Assembly (NCBI GenBank): GCA_964247195.1
Contig: CAXTTP010000001.1
Span: 1-30,206, forward strand
Reading direction: 5' to 3'
Source of the DNA: an uncultured Sphingomonadaceae bacterium
Lineage (GTDB): Bacteria; Pseudomonadota; Alphaproteobacteria; Sphingomonadales; Sphingomonadaceae
Length of the DNA: 30,206 nt
The notes under the pieces were generated by a model that worked only from the letters and a program-made list of their open reading frames with translations, made no database searches and was not told the origin of the DNA. The first letter of the stretch is position 1. Each line of letters opens with the position of its first letter. The position numbers and the translations under genes are program-made. Positions 8,305 to 16,192 of the stretch are shown in pieces.

Positions 8305-10179
8305 ATGAAGATCATCGAAGTGCTTTTCGGGCGTCGGCTCTCCAACCGGGAGCAGGGCGAGCAGAAGATCGGCTGGCTGGCCGGTGTGCCGGCGATGGGG
8401 CTCGATGGCCTGGGCTCGTCCTCCTACGGACCCGAAGCCGCGCTGACGATAATGATCCCGCTGGGCGCGGTCAGCCTCGTCTGGGTCGGCTGGGTGATCG
8501 CGCCGATCGTCGGGCTCCTCGCGATCCTCTATCTGTCCTACCGGCAGACGGTGGTCGCCTACCCCAGCAACGGGGGTGCCTATACGGTCGCCAAGGAGAA
8601 CCTCGGCACCATGGGTGCGCTGCTCGCCGCGGCGGCGTTGATGATCGACTATGTCTTGAACGTGGCCGTCGGCATATCGGCCGGCGTCGGGGCGCTCACC
8701 TCTTCTTTGCCTGCGCTCCACGCCTACACGCTCTGGCTCTGTCTCGCCGTCCTTGCGCTCGTCGCCGTCGCGAACCTGCGCGGCACGCGGGAAGCCGGCT
8801 GGCTGTTCGCGTTGCCCACATACCTGTTCATCGTCTCGTTCCTCGGGCTGATCGCCCTAGGCCTGCTTCACGTGGTCACCAGCGGCGGGCACCCGCATCC
8901 CCTGGTCGCGCCGCCGCCCCTCGGTCGCGCCACCCAGGTGGTCGGCTTGTGGTTGTTGCTGCGCGCATTCGCGGCAGGCTGTACGGCGATGACGGGGGTT
9001 GAGGCGGTATCCAACGGCGTGAACGCGTTCAAGGAGCCGGTCGTGCGCCACGCACATGCGACGCTGACGGTCATTTGCCTGGTCCTGGGGCTCCTGCTGG
9101 CGGGCGTCGCCGTGATCGCCCATGCCTACCATCTCGGCGCGATGGACCAGACCCAGCCCAGCTACCAGAGCGTCATGTCGCAACTGGCAGGCGCAATCGC
9201 AGGACGCGGCATGGTCTATTATGCCGCAATGGCGAGCCTGTTGGCGGTCCTGTGCCTGTCCGCCAACACGAGCTTCGTCGGCTTCCCCCGAATTTGCCGG
9301 CTCGTCGCGCTCGACGGCTACCTGCCCCGCGCGTTCGCCGTCGCCGACCGGCGGCTGGTGTTCTCGGTCGGCGTCATCTTCCTGACGGTCACGGGCGGTG
9401 GGCTGCTGGTCGTGTTCGGAGGCATAACCGATCGGCTGATACCTCTGTTCGCCATCGGCGCCTTCCTGACGTTCACGCTCAGCCAGCTGGGCATGGTCGT
9501 GCACTGGCGACGGCAAGGGCGGCAACCCTTCCGGCTTGCGATCAATGCGCTCGGTGCGGCGACGACGATCATTGCCCTGCTGGTGATCCTCGCTGCGAAG
9601 TTCATCGAAGGCGCGTGGATCGTCGTCCTCGCGGTTCCGGCGACGATCGTGCTGCTTCTGGCGATCCATCGTCATTACGCGCGGCTGACCGAGCGCCTCG
9701 AGCCGATCGGCGAGTTCACCATCGACGAGACGCAGCCCCCCACGGTGCTGGTGGCCTATGAAGAACGCAACCGGATGACCGATCGGGCGCTGCGTTTCGC
9801 GATGACGCTGTCGCCGGACATCGTCGCCGTTCACCTCCTCCGCCTCGACGGGCCTGAGCAGGAGGAGGATCTCGCTGCGGTCCGGGAGCGCTACGACCGC
9901 GAGATTGCCGCTCCACTCGCCGCCAAAGGCATGAGCGCGCCGCGATTGATGCTGGTGCCGGCTCCCTATCGTGAGACTCACGAGCCGTTGCTCGATCTGG
10001 TCGGCAAGATCGATGCGGCCACGCCCGGTCGATCGGTCGCGATCCTGATCCCGGAACTGGTGCTCCGGCACTGGTGGCAGCGCCTCCTTCACAGCCGGCG
10101 CGCCAAGCGCCTGCGCGCCGCCATGATGGAGCATGCCGGACCACGTCTCATGGTCATCACGTCGCCATGGCGCGCCTGA
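8305..10179 (+). CDS. APC-superfamily permease, KimA/YdaO-like K+ transporter with cytosolic C-terminal domain
   Basis: GLDGLGSSSYGPE, AYPSNGGAYTVAKENLG, IDYVLNVAVGISAG, MTGVEAVSNGVNAFKEP, LIPLFAIGAF; about 12 TM segments; C-terminal ...ILIPELVLRHWWQRLLH. Confidence 0.88.
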   Translation: MKIIEVLFGRRLSNREQGEQKIGWLAGVPAMGLDGLGSSSYGPEAALTIMIPLGAVSLVWVGWVIAPIVGLLAILYLSYRQTVVAYPSNGGAYTVAKENLGTMGALLAAAALMIDYVLNVAVGISAGVGALTSSLPALHAYTLWLCLAVLALVAVANLRGTREAGWLFALPTYLFIVSFLGLIALGLLHVVTSGGHPHPLVAPPPLGRATQVVGLWLLLRAFAAGCTAMTGVEAVSNGVNAFKEPVVRHAHATLTVICLVLGLLLAGVAVIAHAYHLGAMDQTQPSYQSVMSQLAGAIAGRGMVYYAAMASLLAVLCLSANTSFVGFPRICRLVALDGYLPRAFAVADRRLVFSVGVIFLTVTGGGLLVVFGGITDRLIPLFAIGAFLTFTLSQLGMVVHWRRQGRQPFRLAINALGAATTIIALLVILAAKFIEGAWIVVLAVPATIVLLLAIHRHYARLTERLEPIGEFTIDETQPPTVLVAYEERNRMTDRALRFAMTLSPDIVAVHLLRLDGPEQEEDLAAVRERYDREIAAPLAAKGMSAPRLMLVPAPYRETHEPLLDLVGKIDAATPGRSVAILIPELVLRHWWQRLLHSRRAKRLRAAMMEHAGPRLMVITSPWRA

Positions 10180-10226
10180 TACCGAGCCCTCTCGCTCCGG
10201 GAAGGCCACTTGCCAGGTTGACGACG

Positions 10227-11564
10227 CTACTCGCGTAGTGCCCGGAATGCGACGCGCGTGATCGGTTCGAGTAGATAGGCCACCATCGTCCGCTCGCCCG
10301 TCTTCACCAGGACCTCGGCGGGCAAGCCCGGCTTGTCCAGCTCCGGCGGAACATGCGCCATCGCCGCCGGCGGGATCGCGATGGTCGCGAGGAAGTAGCG
10401 CTCGCCGGAGCGCTCGTCGGTGAGCGCATCGGCCGAGAGGGTGCGCACAATCCCTTTCACCGTGGGCGCGGTGCGCGATCCGCCCGCATCGAACCGGACG
10501 AACGCAGGCTGCCCGACGCGCACCTTGTCGACGTGCATCGGCGAGAGCCGCGCCTCGACGACCAGCTGCTCGGCCGAGGGAACGATGTCCATCAGCGGCT
10601 CGCCCGGTCGCACCACGCCGCCGAGCGTGGTCACCGCCAGCCCGACGACGGTGCCGGCCACCGGTGCGCGGATCTCCTTGCGCGCCAGCACGTCGCGCGC
10701 GCCCACCAGCTTCTCGGTGACCTGGACGAGATCGGCCTGCACGGTGCGCAGCGCCTCTGCGGCGGTCACTCCGCTCGTGCGGCCAACCTGATTGCGCTGC
10801 ACGCGTTCCTCGGCACCCTGGGCGCGGCTGCGCGCGATCTGGAAGTCGAGCGCGGCCTGCTCGCCGCGTAGCGCCGCCGCCGCCCGTTGCAGGGCGAGCA
10901 GCCGCGGCCGCGTGGCGAAGCCCTTGTCGACCAGCGTCTGCGTATCGCGGATCTCGCGATCGAACAGCTCGATCTGAGAGGCCCGCGCCTTCGACTGCGC
11001 CGCTGCGCCGCCGACATCCTCCTCGATCTGCGAGAGCCGTTCGTCGATCGCGCTGCGGTCCCCGCCCATATGCGCACGGCGCGCTTCGAACGCGGCGCGC
11101 TGCGTGGCGATCGCCATCCGCACGCCCGGCTCGGCCGCGCGCGCGAGCAGATCTGCGGGAAAGGTGATCGCCCCGCGGCCGGCGAGTTCGGCCTCGCGCG
11201 CGGCCTGCTCGGCGCGCAGCGAGTCCGCCTGCGCCCGCAGCACTCCCACCGCGAGCTTGGCGTCCGCATCGTCGAGCCGCACCAGCAACTGTCCGGCGCG
11301 TACCCGCATACCCTCGCGCACGGCGATCGCGCGGACGATGCCGCCGTCGAGATGCTGCACCGTCTTGCGGTGGTTCTGGACCTGGAGCCGCCCCTCGGCG
11401 ATCGCGCCGCTCGCAATAGGCACCAGCAAGCCCCACGCGAGCAGCAGCACGAATATCGTGCCCGCGCCGATCGCAAGCCTGCGCCACAGGCGATCGATGG
11501 GCGCGCTCAATGCATCCGCCAACGCGCGGTGAAGCTCGCCGTCGCGGGCCGCCGGCATGGTCAT
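10227..11564 (-). CDS. Type I secretion membrane fusion protein (HlyD/PrtE family)
   Basis: Single N-terminal TM; VQHLDGGIVRAIAVREG..V.AGQLL..LD; IRAPVAGTV; GGVVRPGEPLMDIVP; PGLPAEVLVKTGERT..YLL.PI. Confidence 0.95.
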   Translation of the reverse strand: MTMPAARDGELHRALADALSAPIDRLWRRLAIGAGTIFVLLLAWGLLVPIASGAIAEGRLQVQNHRKTVQHLDGGIVRAIAVREGMRVRAGQLLVRLDDADAKLAVGVLRAQADSLRAEQAAREAELAGRGAITFPADLLARAAEPGVRMAIATQRAAFEARRAHMGGDRSAIDERLSQIEEDVGGAAAQSKARASQIELFDREIRDTQTLVDKGFATRPRLLALQRAAAALRGEQAALDFQIARSRAQGAEERVQRNQVGRTSGVTAAEALRTVQADLVQVTEKLVGARDVLARKEIRAPVAGTVVGLAVTTLGGVVRPGEPLMDIVPSAEQLVVEARLSPMHVDKVRVGQPAFVRFDAGGSRTAPTVKGIVRTLSADALTDERSGERYFLATIAIPPAAMAHVPPELDKPGLPAEVLVKTGERTMVAYLLEPITRVAFRALRE

Positions 11565-13240
11565 GCGCGCGCCCTGCCGCCGGGGATGGCGGTGAGCTGC
11601 GGCAGCAATTCCCCTGTCGGCCCGAAACGGGCGAGCGTGCCGGCGTTTAGCACCATCAGCTTGTCGAGCGCCGCGACCAGCGACGGGCGATGCGCGATCA
11701 CCACCAACGTCGCGCCCCGCGCCCGCAGCCGGGCCATCACCCGCCCGAGCGCGCCCTCGCCCTCGACGTCGAGCCCGGTGTCGGGCTCGTCCAGCACCAC
11801 CAAGCCCGGTTCGCCGTACAGCGCGCGGGCGAGACCCACACGCTGCCGCTGTCCGCCGGAAAGCGCGAAGCCGGGGCCGCCGACGAGCGTGTCGTAGCCG
11901 TCGGGCAGCCGCAGGATCATCTCATGCGCCCCCGCAGCCTTCGCCGCGGCGACTATCGCCGGACCATCCGCGTCCTCCAGCCGGCCGATATTGTCCGCGA
12001 CCGTCCCCGGCAGGAGCGCCACGTCCTGCGGAAGGTAGCCGATGTGGCGGCCGAGCTGCGCCGGATCGAACTGTCGGATATCGGCGCCGTCGAAACGCAC
12101 CGCACCGCGCGCTGTCGGCCAGGCGCCGACCATCACGCGCGCCAGCGTCGACTTGCCCGATCCGGACGGGCCGACGATGCCGATCGATTGCCCCGCCTCC
12201 AGCGCGAAGCTGATCCCCTTCAGGATCGCGACCGGCGAGCCGGGCGGTCCGGCGACGATCCGCTCGAACGTCACCGCCCCGGTGGGTGCCGGCAGCTCGG
12301 TCGAAGCGGTCGCCGCCGATCCTGCGTCAACCATCGCGGTCAGGCGGCGCCAAGCCGCCCGCGCGGCGAATAGGCTGCGCCACGATCCCAGCACCTGGTC
12401 GAGCGGTGACAGAGCTTTGGAGAACAGGATCGAGCAGGCGACGATCGCACCGAGGCTGACCTCGCCTTTGACGGCCAGCGAGGCAGCGAGCCCGACGATC
12501 AGCGTCTGGCTGGCCAGACGCACGCCCCTGATCGCCGCCGTCGTCCCGCTGGTGGCGGCGAGCGCCCGCATCTGGCCGAGTACCGTGCTCCGGTAGAGGC
12601 CGGCGCCGCGCGCCTCGGCGCGCGCGGCATAGCCCATCGCCACTGCGCTCTCGACCGAGTCCAGATAACTTTCGAGCACATCGCTTGCCTTGCGCTGGGC
12701 CTGCACCACCTCCTCGGCGGTACGCGCCATCAGCTTCCGGTTGGCGAGCGCGCCGAGCACGAGGATCGCCGCGAAGAAGACGCTCGCCGCGCCGATCGCG
12801 ACGTGCACGACGAACAGGATGATGACGAACGCCGGCATGAAGACCAGATCCATCAACGCCGCCGGCAGCGGCCCGGTGAGGAGGGCACGCACCTGTTCCA
12901 GGTCCTCGAACGCGCGCGCGCGGCGGCCCTGGCGGCCGTCCAGCGCTCCGGCTCGCGAGGCGCGCAGCGCGACGCTCTCGAGCGAGGCATAAGCGACCGC
13001 GCCCGCACGCGCGAACACCAAAGTGCGCACCATCTCGAAGACCGCGATGAGCGCGATGACGAGCAACGTTGCCGCGGTCAACGCGATCAGCGTCGCCTCG
13101 CTGCGGGACGAGATCACGCGATCGTAGACCTGCGTCAGATAGAGCGGCGACACCAGCGACAGGATGTTGATCGCCAGACTGACCGTCAGCGCGACCGCCA
13201 GCGGCCGCCGCATCGCATCTACCGCCCAGCTCCTGCCCAT
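11561..13240 (-). CDS. Type I secretion ABC permease/ATPase (PrtD/AprD/RsaD class)
   Basis: YLTQVYDRV; Walker A GPSGSGKST; HIGYLPQD; signature LSGGQRQR; Walker B VLDEP; IAHRP. No C39-like N-terminal domain. RBS GGAGGAG; ATGA overlap with the MFP gene. Confidence 0.95.
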   Translation of the reverse strand: MGRSWAVDAMRRPLAVALTVSLAINILSLVSPLYLTQVYDRVISSRSEATLIALTAATLLVIALIAVFEMVRTLVFARAGAVAYASLESVALRASRAGALDGRQGRRARAFEDLEQVRALLTGPLPAALMDLVFMPAFVIILFVVHVAIGAASVFFAAILVLGALANRKLMARTAEEVVQAQRKASDVLESYLDSVESAVAMGYAARAEARGAGLYRSTVLGQMRALAATSGTTAAIRGVRLASQTLIVGLAASLAVKGEVSLGAIVACSILFSKALSPLDQVLGSWRSLFAARAAWRRLTAMVDAGSAATASTELPAPTGAVTFERIVAGPPGSPVAILKGISFALEAGQSIGIVGPSGSGKSTLARVMVGAWPTARGAVRFDGADIRQFDPAQLGRHIGYLPQDVALLPGTVADNIGRLEDADGPAIVAAAKAAGAHEMILRLPDGYDTLVGGPGFALSGGQRQRVGLARALYGEPGLVVLDEPDTGLDVEGEGALGRVMARLRARGATLVVIAHRPSLVAALDKLMVLNAGTLARFGPTGELLPQLTAIPGGRARA

Positions 13241-13395
13241 CCCCCGCTCCTCCGCGCATCACCGGCAATCACTCGAAAGCGGTGAAAAGGCAAATCCCTG
13301 AACGTGGGTTCGAAAGCAGCATGGGTCGTGATCCGGTCACGAATCCTTTGTCGGTAGTTGTGAGAAACGATAGCTTGGTCCGAAACGGAGGTTCC

Positions 13396-13587
13396 ACGGC
13401 GATCTATAAGGGTACTATCGGCGTCGACCATATCAACGCCACCGACGGGGACGACAGTATCTACGGCGATGCGGGCAACGACGTGCTCTACGGGCGCGCC
13501 GGCAAAGACCTCATCGACGGCGGCAAGGGTGCCGACGATATGACCGGCGGCATCCTCAGAGATGGAAGTCGGACACGGTCAGGCTGA
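13396..13587 (+). pseudogene. Truncated 5' remnant of a second RTX (Ca-binding repeat) gene, start codon reads ACG
   Basis: GGAGG-ttcc-ACG GCG ATC TAT AAG GGT ACT encodes (T)AIYKGTIGVDHINATDGDDSIYGDAGNDVLYGRAGKDLIDGGKGADDMTGG, colinear with the N-terminus of the intact RTX gene. Repeat-like sequence ends at about 13550. Confidence 0.7.
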
Positions 13588-15907
13588 TCGTGTTCGACAG
13601 GCGGATCATGAAATCCGCCTGCCCGTCGCCAGTGGTATCGCCGAATATCCGGGTCACGCCGTCCAGCTGATCGTAGCGCAGCTCTCCGGCTTCGCCACTG
13701 AACGCGTCGGTGCCGATGAAGCTGAAGGCGTCCGAGCTCGAGCCCGAGGCAATCGGCGAAAGGTCGATCAGATCGTGGTCGGATTGGCTGAAGTCGGTGA
13801 TGAGGTCGGCAAGGGTCATCGAGGCGACGCTGTCGCTGACGAGCGAGAATTGAAAGGTGTCGGCCTCCGTGCCGCCCGTGAGCGTATCGGTGCCGGCGCC
13901 GCCGGCCAGCAGGTCTGCGCCTGCTCCGCCGGTCAGCGTGTCGTTGCCGCCCAGCCCATAGAGGCTGTCCGCGCCCTGCTGGCCATCGAGATGATTGGCG
14001 ACGTCGTTGCCGCGAATGATGTTGTTGATGCTGTTGCCGGTTCCGTCGATCGCCGTGCCTGCGAGGTTCAGGTTGTTCAGGTTCGCTGCCAGCGTATAAT
14101 CGATGGTGGACACCACGAGATCCGTTCCGCCGCTGGCGTTCTCGATGATGCGGTCCGCGATGCTGTCGACATAGTAGGTGTCGTTCCCGGCACCGCCCTG
14201 CATCACGTCATCGCCGCCATCGTCGCTGTGGAGGATGTCGTTTCCACCGCCGCCAATCAGCGTGTCGTTGCCGCCGCCGCCATATATCGTCGCGCCGTCC
14301 GCTTCCGCGTAGATGGTATCGCTGCCGCCATCGCCGGAGAGATAGTCGTAGCCTGCACCTCCGTAGATCGTATCGTCGTTGTCGCCGCCGTTGATGTGGT
14401 CCTGCCCATCATCGCCGTAGAGCGTGTCGTTCCCCGCGCCGCCGAGGATGGTATCGCCCTCGCCGCCGCCGTGGATCGTGTTGGCACCGGACGAGCCGTG
14501 GATCTCGTTGCGGAGGCCGTTGCCGGTCCCGTCGATGTCGCCGCCTGTCAGGATTAGCGTATCGAGATTGTCGCCGAGCGTGTAGCTGGTCGAGGCGTAG
14601 ACATAATCTATGGACGGACCGGCGCCCTCGACGACGATGTCGGCCGGATCGTCGACATAGTAGACATCGTTGCCCTTCCCGCCATACATCGTGTCGGCGC
14701 CGGCGCCGCCGTCGAGCACGGTACCGTTAGCGCCGCCATAAAGCGTATCGTTGCCGCCGTGACCGTAAAGCTGGTCGTGCCCACCGCCACCAGTCAACGT
14801 GTTGGCGGCGTCGTTGCCGTTGATGATGTTGTCGGCGCTGGTGCCCGTGCCGTCGATCGCGTCGGCGCCGGTCAAGTTCAGGTTCTCGAGCCCGATGACC
14901 AGTGCATAGCTGATCGAGGACTGCACCGTGTCGTTGCCTCCGGCGACGATGGCCGTGCTCTCAACCACCTCGTCGCCGGTCGAATCGACCACATAGGTGT
15001 CGTTGCCGCTGCCGCCGGTCATCTTGTCGCTGCCAGCGCCGCCGTCGAGGATGTCGTTGCCGGCGCCGCCGTCGAGCGTGTCGTTGCCGCCCATTCCGAG
15101 AAGCGTGTCGTTGCCGTCCAGGCCGGTCAGCGTGTTGTAGACCGAGTTACCCGTGATGACGTTGTCGAGGCCGTTGCCGGTGCCGTTGATATGGGCGTTG
15201 TAGGTGAGCGTCAGGCGGTCGACATAGTCGGGCAGGGTGAAGTCGATCGAGGCCAGCACGATGTCGTCGCCGGCGCTGGATCCCGAGACTTCGGTCACGG
15301 TGTCGCCGGTATTGTCGACGTAATAGGTGTCGTTGCCGATGCCGCCGCTCATCGCGTCGGCGCCGCTGCCGCCGTTGAGCACGTCGTTGCCGGCGCCGCC
15401 GATCAGCGTGTCGGTGCCGGCAGCGCCATAGAGCGCGTCGTCCTGATCGCCGCCGTCGAGATGGTCGTTGCCGTCGCCCCCGTTGAGGGAGTCGTTGCCG
15501 CCCATGCCGTAGAGCGTGTCGGCGCCGCCGAGGCCATTCAGGGTGTTTACGGCCGAATTGCCGATGATGACATTGTCGAGGCCGTTGCCGGTGCCGTTGA
15601 TCTTCGCATTGTAGGTCAGCGTCAGCTGCTCGACATAGTCCGGCAGCGCGTAGCTGATCGCCGAGAGCACGATGTCGGTCCCGCCGTTCGGGCCCGAATC
15701 CTCGCTCACCGTGTCGCCGGCGTTCTCGACGTAATAGGTGTCGTCGCCGGTGCCGCCGCGCATCGTATCGGCATCCGCCCCGCCGTTCAAAATGTCGTTG
15801 CCGCCGAAGCCGTTCAGGGTGTCGTTGCCGCCGAGGCCCGAAAAGGTGTCGTCGCCGTCGGTGCCGTTGAAGCTGTCGTTACCCGCGGTGCCGGAGTATT
15901 TCGCCAT
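13556..15907 (-). CDS. RTX/hemolysin-type Ca2+-binding repeat protein (783 aa), probable T1SS substrate
   Basis: Dozens of GGxGxDxLx nonapeptides; five [10 protein letters not shown]...GTGN modules; serralysin-like C-terminal region ([14 protein letters not shown]...[16 protein letters not shown]...GDG.ADF.I.L) ending DFHL. Start MAKYSGT at 15907. Confidence 0.92.
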   Translation of the reverse strand: MAKYSGTAGNDSFNGTDGDDTFSGLGGNDTLNGFGGNDILNGGADADTMRGGTGDDTYYVENAGDTVSEDSGPNGGTDIVLSAISYALPDYVEQLTLTYNAKINGTGNGLDNVIIGNSAVNTLNGLGGADTLYGMGGNDSLNGGDGNDHLDGGDQDDALYGAAGTDTLIGGAGNDVLNGGSGADAMSGGIGNDTYYVDNTGDTVTEVSGSSAGDDIVLASIDFTLPDYVDRLTLTYNAHINGTGNGLDNVITGNSVYNTLTGLDGNDTLLGMGGNDTLDGGAGNDILDGGAGSDKMTGGSGNDTYVVDSTGDEVVESTAIVAGGNDTVQSSISYALVIGLENLNLTGADAIDGTGTSADNIINGNDAANTLTGGGGHDQLYGHGGNDTLYGGANGTVLDGGAGADTMYGGKGNDVYYVDDPADIVVEGAGPSIDYVYASTSYTLGDNLDTLILTGGDIDGTGNGLRNEIHGSSGANTIHGGGEGDTILGGAGNDTLYGDDGQDHINGGDNDDTIYGGAGYDYLSGDGGSDTIYAEADGATIYGGGGNDTLIGGGGNDILHSDDGGDDVMQGGAGNDTYYVDSIADRIIENASGGTDLVVSTIDYTLAANLNNLNLAGTAIDGTGNSINNIIRGNDVANHLDGQQGADSLYGLGGNDTLTGGAGADLLAGGAGTDTLTGGTEADTFQFSLVSDSVASMTLADLITDFSQSDHDLIDLSPIASGSSSDAFSFIGTDAFSGEAGELRYDQLDGVTRIFGDTTGDGQADFMIRLSNTISLTVSDFHL
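15158..15741 (-). repeat. Intragenic tandem duplication of a 411-nt (137-aa) RTX module
   Basis: GAC(A/G)TTGTCGAGGCCGTTGCCGGTGCCGTTGAT occurs at 15158 and 15569 (offset 411); both copies encode [27 protein letters not shown]. Confidence 0.75.
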
Positions 15908-16128
15908 CTCTGCCCCCCGATAATTGTACCAGGATAGCCACGTAACTGGGGCAGATAAAGCCGCTATTCGGTTCGCGCCATCCTCCAGCGGGACGATCAC
16001 CGCAGCGAGGTGTTTGCGCCGCGCCGCCGACAGACGAAGCCTCGCGCGAGGCTTGAAGGCGAATTAGCGGTCGCAAATCAGCTTCGGGGCCGCGCGCTCA
16101 CCTCGGCGCGACGGGCGCGCGCTGCCGA

Positions 16129-16157
16129 CTTGAAAGCGCCAAGGCTGGCCGCCATCT
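16129..16157 (+). promoter_or_regulatory. RpoH (sigma32) heat-shock promoter of htpG
   Basis: CTTGAAA-N14-CGCCATCT, matching the sigma32 consensus CTTGAAA-N13/14-CCCCATNT, 35 nt upstream of the htpG ATG. Confidence 0.75.
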
Positions 16158-16192
16158 GCCCGCTCGATCATCCAGGGAGACGCTACACCGCC

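Noticed and set aside
13306-13320. GGGTTCGAAAGC as a tRNA T-arm or integration site
   Set aside because: No T-stem pairing, cloverleaf or CCA end.
13556-15907. Periodic GTCGTTGCCGCC-like repeats as a CRISPR array or non-coding repeat
   Set aside because: Fully explained by codons for GGxGND RTX nonapeptides; no constant repeat-spacer structure or cas genes.
13547-15988. Short direct repeat GCG(G/C)CATCCTC flanking the RTX gene (13547-13557 and 15975-15985) as a target-site duplication
   Set aside because: The exact core is only 7 bp and was found post hoc; the RTX remnant does not resume after 15985 and there is no recombinase nearby. Worth rechecking only if strain comparison places breakpoints here.
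15908-16000. 31-aa N-terminal extension of the RTX protein
   Set aside because: No repeat character; ATG 15907 has a G-rich SD and matches the start of the paralogous remnant.
16010-16192. 61-aa N-terminal extension of HtpG in the ORF track
   Set aside because: The sigma32 promoter lies inside it (16129-16157), and HtpG homology begins just after ATG 16193.
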